Below are positions 41,643 through 50,301 of a DNA stretch of 64,000 nt, one piece after another. Below the pieces are notes generated by a model, which saw nothing but the letters and a program-made list of their open reading frames with translations, was not told the origin of the DNA and made no database searches. Source of the stretch: Patescibacteria group bacterium (GTDB lineage Bacteria > Patescibacteriota > Patescibacteriia > CAIXNZ01); assembly GCA_028714455.1 (NCBI GenBank), contig JAQTMG010000001.1, positions 128,568 to 192,567 on the forward strand, given 5' to 3'. Within the stretch, counting starts at the first letter, position 1. Each line of letters opens with the position of its first letter. The translations under genes and the position numbers were made by a program.

Positions 41643-42638
41643 ATGAAGGATCTTCGGGTAAACGGCAAAATAATCTGCCTCTCCACTGCTCTCACCGGAG
41701 CGGTGCGGGGGAAAAAGGGAGTCCACATCGGCAAGAAGGCCATCAGCATTGAGTGCGAAATCAGTCCTGATGGTGGCGAGGCCACGGCCAACGCCCTACT
41801 GGGCATCGACGCGAAAATCCATTTCGGTTTCGACGTACTGGCGTCGGGTGTCAGCATCAGTCCCAACGAGAAAAGAGCCATGATTATCTGCGACCTCGAC
41901 GGCTATGAGGTCAGGGGCACGGGCTACAACACGGACGACGGATTCAGGTTTAACCACCTGGGTTCGGTCACGAGAGTCGTTGCGGAGTATTGCGTCAGGG
42001 ACCATCAATACATCACGCAATGGCACGTATCCCAGGCGCAGTTCAACGGCCGCAACCGGCACAGCATCCGAATCGCGGAAGATTCTTTCATTCTCGAGAT
42101 GCCGGAACAGTTGGCCAAGCGCTACCTCATGCGGTACAGCGAAGAGCCGTTCCTGCCCAGGGAGCAGATGGTGTGCCTGATCAAGGCATACATCGACGGG
42201 ACCGACAAAGTCTCGATTCCCTGGAAAGTGAGGCTGAAGCGCATCGTTGAAGCTCTCGCCGTCACCTACGCGAGGACGTTTGGCCTGGATGCCGCTCTGC
42301 CTCAAAGGGAAGAGCCAGCCAAAGTCCAACCCGCGGCCGCCGCCCCGCTCCAGCCCGCGATCGAACTGTCGGTCGTCGAGCCGGCTGCGAAAACGGAGTC
42401 GGCCGAGGAACCGGAACCCGAGGACGAAGCCAATTTCGTGACACTTGTCGCGGTTGGCGGAGGCGAACCGGCGATGATGGACGGTCCTATCGTTGACCCG
42501 CAGAAAATTGCGGGAATGGAGGCCGAGGCCATGAACCCCGGCGGCAGAGAGGGTCGCAATCGCCGCAGACCCCCCGCACCCAAGTCCCATGTCAAGGGAA
42601 GCAGGGGCGGGCGCAAAGGCGGAACCAAAGAAGAGTAG
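41643..42638 (+). CDS. hypothetical 331-aa protein, GC-rich/foreign composition, with a C-terminal Arg/Gly/Lys-rich tail
   Basis: An aaggagggg Shine-Dalgarno sequence lies 6 nt upstream of the ATG at 41643. The long ORF has balanced amino-acid composition in about 60% GC DNA, while the antisense ORFs are low-complexity. No recognisable family. Confidence 0.6.
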   Translation: MKDLRVNGKIICLSTALTGAVRGKKGVHIGKKAISIECEISPDGGEATANALLGIDAKIHFGFDVLASGVSISPNEKRAMIICDLDGYEVRGTGYNTDDGFRFNHLGSVTRVVAEYCVRDHQYITQWHVSQAQFNGRNRHSIRIAEDSFILEMPEQLAKRYLMRYSEEPFLPREQMVCLIKAYIDGTDKVSIPWKVRLKRIVEALAVTYARTFGLDAALPQREEPAKVQPAAAAPLQPAIELSVVEPAAKTESAEEPEPEDEANFVTLVAVGGGEPAMMDGPIVDPQKIAGMEAEAMNPGGREGRNRRRPPAPKSHVKGSRGGRKGGTKEE

Positions 42639-43063
42639 GCAAGCCACAAACGGCTTCGCCAACTCCAAACACGGAACCCAAAAAAAGGACCCAAGGAGGA
42701 ACTATGGGAACCATGGATTACGGCTAAATGTGACAAATTTGCGTTTTACCAAGCTTTGACGCTGTCGACGACAGAAAAACTTGGTTATACGCCAAAAGAC
42801 CAAGGCTAAGGCCATGGCCGGCGCGAATAGAAAGCGACACCCTGCTAACGATTTTGTCCCCGTTTCTAATAAAATGGAGAGCCTAAGAGAAGCAGTTCTC
42901 TCCGGAGAAAACCGAGAAAAATCGGGACAGTTTGAATCTGTCCCTTCTTTCCAAAGTCATAAGTGAAAATTTGTGGCTTTAGACAGAGGAGCAATTGACA
43001 AGAAAAATTGTTTCTGGTAAATTAAAAGAAGTTTGAAAAATTAAAAAATAAAAAGGAGGAGGA

Positions 43064-43210
43064 ATGAGATATCTGATACTCTTCTTCAGCCTCGCGTTCA
43101 TTTTCCCCATCATCGAACTTTTCTGGGCGAGAGTCGTTCAGGAAAGTTCGATCACCATCAGCTCCAAAACCTGGTGTGGCTTGAACCACTACGCCTCGGG
43201 ATTTACCTAG
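43064..43210 (+). CDS. small hydrophobic peptide (48 aa), with TTGACA-17-TAAATT promoter and an aaaaggaggagg Shine-Dalgarno sequence
   Basis: The product is MRYLILFFSLAFIFPIIELFW..., with a TM-like N-terminus. Confidence 0.35.
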   Translation: MRYLILFFSLAFIFPIIELFWARVVQESSITISSKTWCGLNHYASGFT

Positions 43211-43537
43211 AAGGAGTTGCGGTTCGATTGGCATCTGCCCCAAGGTTTGGGTCCTTGCCAGGCAGAGGAAGGCTCGCAAAATTCGACAAACCTGGACTAC
43301 GCCACGTCGGCGTCGGGCTAACACCCCCACAAAGGAGGGAGAGTGAAGCACACGGGACCGCCCAATTCGTCAACCAAGTTGTTGACGCGCGATCATCGCC
43401 ACATCGGACCCGCGTGACCAAGGGCTCGGTACCGGCCTAACAAGAAATGGTTAGGCCACGCCGAATCCGGTCGGAGGAGAAAAATTGATGAAAGATATTT
43501 AGCCAAGCGCTACCGCCGGCGCTCTAACACAAAAAGG

Positions 43538-43606
43538 CGTTGGCCCCCTGGAGAAATCCGGGGGCTTTTTTTATAACAAAAAATCCCGCACCGCGGGATT
43601 TTTTGG
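43538..43606. terminator. two consecutive intrinsic terminators
   Basis: Hairpins gccccc-tggagaaatcc-gggggc plus T7, and atcccgc-accg-gcgggat plus T6. Confidence 0.7.
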
Positions 43607-43612
43607 AATAGA

Positions 43613-43623
43613 GGTAGTAGTGG
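43613..43623 (+). repeat. 11-nt direct repeat ggtagtagtgg (right flank of the GC-rich island)
   Basis: Matches 41065..41075. Confidence 0.5.
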
Positions 43624-43627
43624 TACC

Positions 43628-43909
43628 TTATTTTCCCTTCAAAGCATCTTTTAATGCTTTGCCTGATTTGAATTTCGGAATGGTCACGGCCGGAATGTCA
43701 ATTTTTTCTGAAGGCTTTTGGGGATTGACGCCTTTTCTGGCCGAGCGAACCTTGGCAGAAAATGTGCCAAAGCCGGTCAGCGTGACTTCCTCGGCTTTTT
43801 TCAAACTCTCGGTAATCGAATCAAGAATTGAGTCCAAGACATCTTCGACCTGCTTTTTGGTCAGATTTGTTTTTGAGGCAACGGCCTCAATCAAGCTGGC
43901 TTTATTCAT
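43628..43909 (-). CDS. hup: HU-family DNA-binding protein (second copy)
   Basis: MNKASLIEAVASKTNLTKKQVEDVLDS...GFGTF...RNP is HU-like. Confidence 0.85.
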   Translation of the reverse strand: MNKASLIEAVASKTNLTKKQVEDVLDSILDSITESLKKAEEVTLTGFGTFSAKVRSARKGVNPQKPSEKIDIPAVTIPKFKSGKALKDALKGK

Positions 43910-43930
43910 AAGAGTGAATTAATTTTTATT

Positions 43931-44734
43931 TTATATATCAACTTGTTTATTAATCACCTTTATTTTGGTGGCCAATTTTGAGTCGGGATTTATCTCAAGG
44001 TAAACGCCGCTGATCTGGCAGATTCCGCTTTCGGGAATTTCGGCTGACATGCCGCCGTCAGTCAAAAAGTTTTGGACAACCTCGTCTTTATCCAGCCCGA
44101 TGACTGATTCACTGGCGCCTGTCATGCCCACGTCCGAAATATAAGCGGTGCCATTTTTTAATATTTTTTCATCAGCCGTCATCACGTGCGTGTGCGTGCC
44201 AATCACGGCCGAGACTCGGCCGTCAAGATGATAGCCAAGCGCGACCTTTTCACTGGTCGCTTCGGCGTGGAAGTCAACAATAATGCCGTTCAGCGGCTCG
44301 CCTTTATGCTTCTCTAGGATTTCGTCGGCGACTTTGAACGGATTTTTATATTCATCCTGAAAAAAGACTCTACCCATTAAGTTTAACACGAGTAGCTGAT
44401 GTTGGCCAATTTTCAGGATTCTTTCTCCTGTTCCCGGTACCGCTTCAATATAGTTGGCCGGACGGATAATCGGCATGTCTTTTTCCGCCAAAATAAATTC
44501 TCCGTCCGGTTTATCAAAGATATGATTGCCGGACGTGAAAAAATCAATGCCGGCCGCGATCATTTCATTCAGACTGTTTCTGGTGATACCGTGGCCGTGG
44601 GCCAGATTTTCCGCGTTGGCTATTATGACGTCAGGTTTATATTCCTTTTTTAACTCTGGCAGAGCCTTAATAATTCCTTGGCGGCCTATTCTGCCAAAGA
44701 TATCGCCGAGAAAAATTATTTTTATTTTTTTCAT
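43931..44734 (-). CDS. ymdB: YmdB-like (TIGR00282) metallophosphoesterase
   Basis: IIFLGDIFGRIGR...ANAENLAHGHGIT...GNH shows calcineurin-like motifs. It lies immediately downstream of rny, as in Firmicutes. Confidence 0.8.
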   Translation of the reverse strand: MKKIKIIFLGDIFGRIGRQGIIKALPELKKEYKPDVIIANAENLAHGHGITRNSLNEMIAAGIDFFTSGNHIFDKPDGEFILAEKDMPIIRPANYIEAVPGTGERILKIGQHQLLVLNLMGRVFFQDEYKNPFKVADEILEKHKGEPLNGIIVDFHAEATSEKVALGYHLDGRVSAVIGTHTHVMTADEKILKNGTAYISDVGMTGASESVIGLDKDEVVQNFLTDGGMSAEIPESGICQISGVYLEINPDSKLATKIKVINKQVDI

Positions 44735-44736
44735 AT

Positions 44737-46260
44737 TTATCTGGCGTATTCAGTGATGCGTTTTTCACGGATGACAGTGACTTTGATTTCGCCCGGATAT
44801 TTGAGTTCCTCTTCGATTTTGTGAGCAATGCCCTGGGCCAGCTTCATTGCCTCCAGATCGTCAACCGTTTCCGGCACGACAAAAACGCGAATCTCGCGGC
44901 CGGCCTGAATGGCATAGGATTTTTGTACTCCGGCGAAACCATTGGCTACATTTTCTAATTCCTCCAGCCTTTGGAGATAGCGTTCGTACGTATCTTTGCG
45001 GGCGCCTGGTCTGGCGCCAGAAATAGCGTCAGCCACTTTTACGATTACGCTTTCAAGCGTCTTTGGGTTATCCTCGTGATGGCCGATACAGATATAGGCA
45101 ATATCCTCGGGCATGTTGAATTTTTTCATGATGTCGTAGCCGATTTCCGGATGTCCGCCTTTTACTTCGTGGTCAACGGCCTTGCCGATGTCATGGAAAA
45201 GGCCGCCCTTTTTACAGACGGTAATGTCGGCGCCGATTTCTTCAGCCATTAAGCCGGCCAGGTGAGCCACTTCAAGCGAATGCAAAAGAACATTGTGGCC
45301 GTAGCTTGTCCTGAATTTTAAGCGACCTAATATCTGAACTAGTTTTGGATCTATGCCCGTGATGCCCAAATCATAAAGCGCGTCTTCGCCCGATTTTTTT
45401 ATTTCAATGGCGATTTCTTTTTTGGCGCTTTCGATGGCTTCCTCAATTCTGGCCGGGTGGATGCGTCCGTCCGCGATCAGCGAATCAAGCGCTCTCTTGG
45501 CCACTTGTCTGCGAATCGGGGAGAAACCAGAAATGGTGATAGCCATTGGCGTATCGTCAACCACAATTTCAACGCCGGTCAGTTGTTCAATGCTTCTGAT
45601 GTTTCTGCCTTCTCGTCCGATAATTCTGCCCTTCATCTCATCGCTGGGTAAAGAAACCGTTGTGGTTGTGATTTCCTGGGCGTGCGAGATTGAACATCTC
45701 TGGATGGCCAGAGTCATTATCTCTTTGGCTTTCTGGTCAATCTCTTCTTGTCCCGAATCTTGTAATTTTTTTATTCTGGCCAGAATATCTTCCTTGGCGA
45801 CTCGCTCGGTGTTGGCCAAAAGCGCCTCTTTAGCTTCGGCCTGGGTCATCTTGGCGATTTTTTCCAATTTTTGGAATTGTTCCTCCTTGAGTTTGTTGAT
45901 TCGTTCTTTTATTTCTTCAATTTCTCTGGCCTTGTCCAGAAGTTTTTGCTGGCGGTTTTCCAGATCAAGCAGTTTTTGATCAAAGATACTCTCTCTTTTT
46001 TCCAACCTTTGCTGGATGTGAAAGAGTTCTTTACGTCTCTCCTGCTCTTCGCGTTTGGCATCGTCAATAATTTTTAAGGCCTTGTCTTTGGCCTCCAACA
46101 AATACTCTCTCTGTTTGTTCTTGGCTTCCTTGATTAGATTTTCGGCGCGGCTCTCGGCGTCTTTGATTTCCTTGGTCGCCAAATATTTTCTAACAAAATA
46201 GCCGACCAGAAATGCTAAAATCGCCGCACCGGCCAAAATCAAAAAGGTGTTTGTGTTCAT
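44737..46260 (-). CDS. rny: ribonuclease Y
   Basis: There is an N-terminal TM helix, a coiled-coil region, a KH domain (IGREGRNIRSIEQLTGV) and an HD domain (HSLEVAHLAG...FHDIGK). Confidence 0.9.
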   Translation of the reverse strand: MNTNTFLILAGAAILAFLVGYFVRKYLATKEIKDAESRAENLIKEAKNKQREYLLEAKDKALKIIDDAKREEQERRKELFHIQQRLEKRESIFDQKLLDLENRQQKLLDKAREIEEIKERINKLKEEQFQKLEKIAKMTQAEAKEALLANTERVAKEDILARIKKLQDSGQEEIDQKAKEIMTLAIQRCSISHAQEITTTTVSLPSDEMKGRIIGREGRNIRSIEQLTGVEIVVDDTPMAITISGFSPIRRQVAKRALDSLIADGRIHPARIEEAIESAKKEIAIEIKKSGEDALYDLGITGIDPKLVQILGRLKFRTSYGHNVLLHSLEVAHLAGLMAEEIGADITVCKKGGLFHDIGKAVDHEVKGGHPEIGYDIMKKFNMPEDIAYICIGHHEDNPKTLESVIVKVADAISGARPGARKDTYERYLQRLEELENVANGFAGVQKSYAIQAGREIRVFVVPETVDDLEAMKLAQGIAHKIEEELKYPGEIKVTVIREKRITEYAR

Positions 46261-46500
46261 ATTTCTCCTAGTGGTATATAGAGAGGATTTAAAAGGTACA
46301 AAAAAACAAGAGTTTAATTTACGCCCTGCTTGTCTTTTGTCAGTTTAATATTTGAGGTCATTTAAGTTAAAAGTTTATGCTCTATCGAGAAATTTTTTCA
46401 GTAAATCCTCTGCTATTATTTATTAATTAATAACAATTTCATCTTAGCATTTATCTCCGTTTTTGACAAGCGCGGGACAAGATTTTCTAATTTTTTCACG

Positions 46501-46529
46501 TTGACTTTAAGCTTCTAAAAAGGTATAAT
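46501..46529 (+). promoter_or_regulatory. sigma70-like promoter TTGACT-17-TATAAT upstream of infB
   Basis: Near-consensus hexamers. A hairpin plus T-run (46534..46560) follows in the leader. Confidence 0.5.
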
Positions 46530-46576
46530 AATTAAAAGGATGAGAAATCCTTATTTTTTATCGACAAATTCCTAAC

Positions 46577-48562
46577 ATGAACGTTTCTGAATTAGCCAGA
46601 AAATTGAAGATTAATTCAGCGGAACTCCTGGAGATACTGCCGGAGTTTGGTTTTGACATTGGCAAAAGAGCGATTAAAGTCGATGAACGTCTGGCCCATA
46701 AAATATTGAATCTGGGCCCGAAAATTAAAGATAAAATTGAAGAAAACAAAATAGCCAAATCAAGCGAACCGATCGTCGAAAAAGAAGTTGTCAGCGCGCC
46801 CAAAGAGATTCTCATGCCTTCGGTGGTCACGGTCAAAGAATTCGCCGGCTTGATTGGCAAACCCGTAAACGAGGTGATTAAACAGCTGATGAAAAATGGC
46901 GTCATGGCTTCTCTAAATGAAAGAATAGATTTTGATACGGCTTCAATTACCGCCGATGAATTCGGCATAAAGGCGGTTTTATCAAAAGATCAGGAAGCAA
47001 TTTTAGAAGCGGAGACACTGGACGAGCGAATGAAGAAAATTTTTGAGACGGAAGACAAGAAAAAATTTGAAGAAAGACCGCCGGTTGTCGTAGTGATGGG
47101 CCACGTTGACCACGGCAAAACCAAGCTGCTTGATGCCATAAGAAAAACTAATGTTATCGCGACTGAATCGGGAGGAATCACGCAGCACATTGGCGCTTAC
47201 CAGGTTGTTAAACAAAATAAGTTGATTACTTTCATAGACACGCCCGGCCACGAAGCTTTTACGGCCATGAGATCCAGGGGCGCGAGAGTCGCGGATGTCG
47301 CGATTCTGGTTGTGGCGGCTAATGACAGCATTAAGCCCCAAACCGTTGAAGCGATAAAGATTATCCAGCAGTCGAAATTGCCCATGATCGTGGCCATCAA
47401 CAAAATTGATCTGCCGGACGCCAATATTGAAAAAGTAAAGCAGGACTTATCGGCTATGAATTTACTGCCCGAGGATTGGGGCGGCAAAACAATTTGCGTT
47501 CCGATCTCCGCCAAGCAAAACACTGGCCTCGACGATCTGCTCACCACCGTGCTTTTGGTTTCAGAATTACAAAAAGACAAGCTAGTGGCTAATCCAGAGG
47601 GTAAGACGCTGGGCACGATAATTGAATCGCACATTGATAAGGGCGAAGGTCCGGTGGCCACGGTTTTGATTCACAATGGAGCCTTGAAGGTGGGCGATAA
47701 TATAATAATAAATGAAGTTTTTTACGGCCGAGCGCGAGCGCTTAAAGATTTTAACAATAAAGAGATTAAGGCTGGCACGCCGTCCATGCCAGTAAAAATA
47801 ATTGGCTTGAAATTTCCACCCAAAGTTGGAGACATCGCCGAGGTGACAGAGAAAATTGAGCGCCGACACAAAATCTCGCCCGCTAACATAATGCAGGAGA
47901 GGCCAAGTATTTTGCGCAAGCAAGAAGCTAAAGAAGAAAAAGAATCGACCAAAAAATTCAACATAATTTTGAGAGCCGACGTGCTGGGTTCCCTAGAAGT
48001 CATTTCTGACTCGATAGAAAAAATTGAAGCGCAGGACGTTAGGGCCGTGATTGTTTCTAGGGGCTTGGGCAATATAAATGAGTCAGATGTTGAACTGGCC
48101 GCCAATGTGGGAGCCGTGATTTACGGTTTCCATGTTAAGGCAGACGCTTCGACCGCTGATTTAGCCAGAGACAAAAAAGTCGAAATTAAATTTTTTGACG
48201 TGATTTATAAATTGCTTGACGAGGCAAAGTCGCGGCTGTCGGAAATGATTACTCCCGAGATAGTCAGAAAGAATCTGGGCAAACTTCAGGTGCTGGCGAT
48301 TTTTAGAACTGAAGCCAAGAGCATGATTGTCGGTGTTAGAGTTCTTGAGGGCAGAATAACCAAGGGCGTTAAAGCTGAAGATTTTAGAAATGGTAAATCA
48401 ATATCGAGTGGAGAAATAGCCGAACTAAAAATTGGCAAGGAGGTTGTGACTGACGCGGTGACTGGCCAGGAATGCGGTATTTTATACATTGGTAAGCCAG
48501 AATTAAAAATAGGCGATATTATGGAGGCTTATTCCGAAGAGTCCGTTAAAAAGAAATTATAA
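46577..48562 (+). CDS. infB: translation initiation factor IF-2
   Basis: The G-domain reads VVVMGHVDHGKTKLLD...DTPGHEAF...NKID. The C-terminal beta-barrels are present. Confidence 0.9.
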   Translation: MNVSELARKLKINSAELLEILPEFGFDIGKRAIKVDERLAHKILNLGPKIKDKIEENKIAKSSEPIVEKEVVSAPKEILMPSVVTVKEFAGLIGKPVNEVIKQLMKNGVMASLNERIDFDTASITADEFGIKAVLSKDQEAILEAETLDERMKKIFETEDKKKFEERPPVVVVMGHVDHGKTKLLDAIRKTNVIATESGGITQHIGAYQVVKQNKLITFIDTPGHEAFTAMRSRGARVADVAILVVAANDSIKPQTVEAIKIIQQSKLPMIVAINKIDLPDANIEKVKQDLSAMNLLPEDWGGKTICVPISAKQNTGLDDLLTTVLLVSELQKDKLVANPEGKTLGTIIESHIDKGEGPVATVLIHNGALKVGDNIIINEVFYGRARALKDFNNKEIKAGTPSMPVKIIGLKFPPKVGDIAEVTEKIERRHKISPANIMQERPSILRKQEAKEEKESTKKFNIILRADVLGSLEVISDSIEKIEAQDVRAVIVSRGLGNINESDVELAANVGAVIYGFHVKADASTADLARDKKVEIKFFDVIYKLLDEAKSRLSEMITPEIVRKNLGKLQVLAIFRTEAKSMIVGVRVLEGRITKGVKAEDFRNGKSISSGEIAELKIGKEVVTDAVTGQECGILYIGKPELKIGDIMEAYSEESVKKKL

Positions 48563-48606
48563 AAAAAGGCCGGAAATCACTTTCCGACCTATCGGTTGCA
48601 CGTTGT

Positions 48607-48867
48607 TTATTTTTCTTTGGCGTCGTACCACTCCAGGAATGTTTGCTTCAGGCCAAAGAAGCCGAGCCGGCCCAGGAGGCCGATTAGGCCGAAGAGCGCG
48701 CATGTGGCCAGGAAACAGTAGGCCGCCCATTTCAGGACTTCTGATATAAGTCCCATTCCAGTGAATAAAAACCAGACTGCTCTGATGATGTCATAGGCGA
48801 TCAAACCCGCGAAAGTTAAGAACAGCAGAAAAATCAAAATACCCAAATTACTTTTCATCTTAGCCAT
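48607..48867 (-). CDS. small membrane protein (2-3 TM)
   Basis: A gggaggattaaa Shine-Dalgarno sequence precedes the ATG at 48867. The product is hydrophobic. Confidence 0.45.
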   Translation of the reverse strand: MAKMKSNLGILIFLLFLTFAGLIAYDIIRAVWFLFTGMGLISEVLKWAAYCFLATCALFGLIGLLGRLGFFGLKQTFLEWYDAKEK

Positions 48868-48951
48868 TTTAATCCTCCCTTTTGTTTTTATTATAGCACT
48901 ATTTTTATAAATTGTCAAGAGTCAAAACAACTATTAATATTATCAAAAAAT

Positions 48952-49275
48952 ATGTCAGAAATTAAACTTACTTCAGCCAATTTTGAAGAGGAAGTCATAA
49001 ACAGTCAGACTCCCGTGTTAGTTGATTTTTGGGCCGAATGGTGCGGACCTTGTCGCATGATGGAGCCTATTCTAGAAGAACTAGGCAAAGAGTTAGAAGG
49101 AAAACCAGTTAAGATCGGTAAATGCAATGTTGACGAGAATCAGGACCTGGCGCAAAAATATGAGATTCTTTCCATTCCGGCCTTTAAGATTTTTAAGGGC
49201 GGTAAGGTAGTCGAAGAATTTGTCGGCGCCCAAACCAAGGATAGTTTAAAATCTAAATTAGAAAAAATATTATAG
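48952..49275 (+). CDS. trxA: thioredoxin
   Basis: The WCGPC active site (WAEWCGPCR) is present. Confidence 0.9.
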   Translation: MSEIKLTSANFEEEVINSQTPVLVDFWAEWCGPCRMMEPILEELGKELEGKPVKIGKCNVDENQDLAQKYEILSIPAFKIFKGGKVVEEFVGAQTKDSLKSKLEKIL

Positions 49276-49286
49276 TTTATAGCTAT

Positions 49287-50240
49287 ATGGCAGAAAATTA
49301 TGATCTTATAATTATCGGCGGCGGTCCGGCAGGCTTGGCGGCCGGCATCTATGCCTCAAGGCGCAAGCTCAAGACTTTGATTGTGGCAAAAAATATCGGC
49401 GGTCAAGCCGGTTACGCCAGCCAGGTGGAAAATTATCCCGGCTATGAATCAATTGGCGGCTTTGAGCTGATGCAGAAATTTCAAAAACAAGCCGAGAAAT
49501 TCGGTTGCGGTTTTAAATATGAAGAGGTGCTCGAAGTTAAAAAAGAAAAAGATTTATTTGTTTCCAAAACATCGGGAGGAGAATATAAATCGCTGGCTCT
49601 GATTCTCGCTTTCGGCATGACGCCGAGAAATCTTGATGTCAGCGGTGAAAAAGAATTTCTGGGCAAGGGTGTGGCTTATTGCGCGACTTGCGACGGGCCG
49701 CTATTCAAAAATAAAATCGTGGCCGTGGTCGGCGGCGGCAACGCGGCCCTGGAATCGATTTTATATCTGTCGAAGATCGCCAAAAAAGTTTACGTGGTGC
49801 ACCGCCGAGGAGAATTTACGGGCGAGGCCGTCTTGGTTGATAAGATTAAGAACGAAAAAAATGTCGAATTGGTTTTGGACAGCGTGGTGACCGGCATAAA
49901 GGGAAATAAATTTGTTAAATCAATCGGCGTGGAAAATACCAAATCAAAAGAAAAGAGTGAAATTTTGTTGGATGGTGTTTTTATTGAAATCGGTCATGTA
50001 GTCAACGCCGAGCCGATAAAAAAATTGGTCAAGCTCGATGAAAACAACGCCGTGATAATCGATTCGGATTGTCAGACCAACGTCCCTGGTTGTTTTGGCG
50101 CCGGTGATGTGACCAATATTAAATTTAAACAAATTGTGATTTCGGCGGGCGAGGGCGCCAAGGCCGCGCTTTCCGCTTATAAATATTTACAGCGATTGCA
50201 AAATAAAGAAAATCCTCTCTTTGATTGGGGCAAAAAGTAA
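49287..50240 (+). CDS. trxB: thioredoxin-disulfide reductase
   Basis: GGGPAG FAD motif, the CATCDG redox-active site and the GGGNAA NADPH motif are present. Confidence 0.9.
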   Translation: MAENYDLIIIGGGPAGLAAGIYASRRKLKTLIVAKNIGGQAGYASQVENYPGYESIGGFELMQKFQKQAEKFGCGFKYEEVLEVKKEKDLFVSKTSGGEYKSLALILAFGMTPRNLDVSGEKEFLGKGVAYCATCDGPLFKNKIVAVVGGGNAALESILYLSKIAKKVYVVHRRGEFTGEAVLVDKIKNEKNVELVLDSVVTGIKGNKFVKSIGVENTKSKEKSEILLDGVFIEIGHVVNAEPIKKLVKLDENNAVIIDSDCQTNVPGCFGAGDVTNIKFKQIVISAGEGAKAALSAYKYLQRLQNKENPLFDWGKK

Positions 50241-50301
50241 CTGAACCACTAATCTATTAACACTGATTACACTAATTCGTGTCATTCGTGAATAAAAATT
50301 C

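Noticed and set aside
41796-42736. Long minus-strand ORFs (290 aa and 144 aa) and several 60-90-aa ORFs inside the GC-rich island
   Set aside because: They are low-complexity, Arg/Gly/Ala/Pro-rich translations typical of the antisense or off-frame of high-GC coding DNA. The plus-strand 331-aa ORF has a Shine-Dalgarno sequence and balanced composition.
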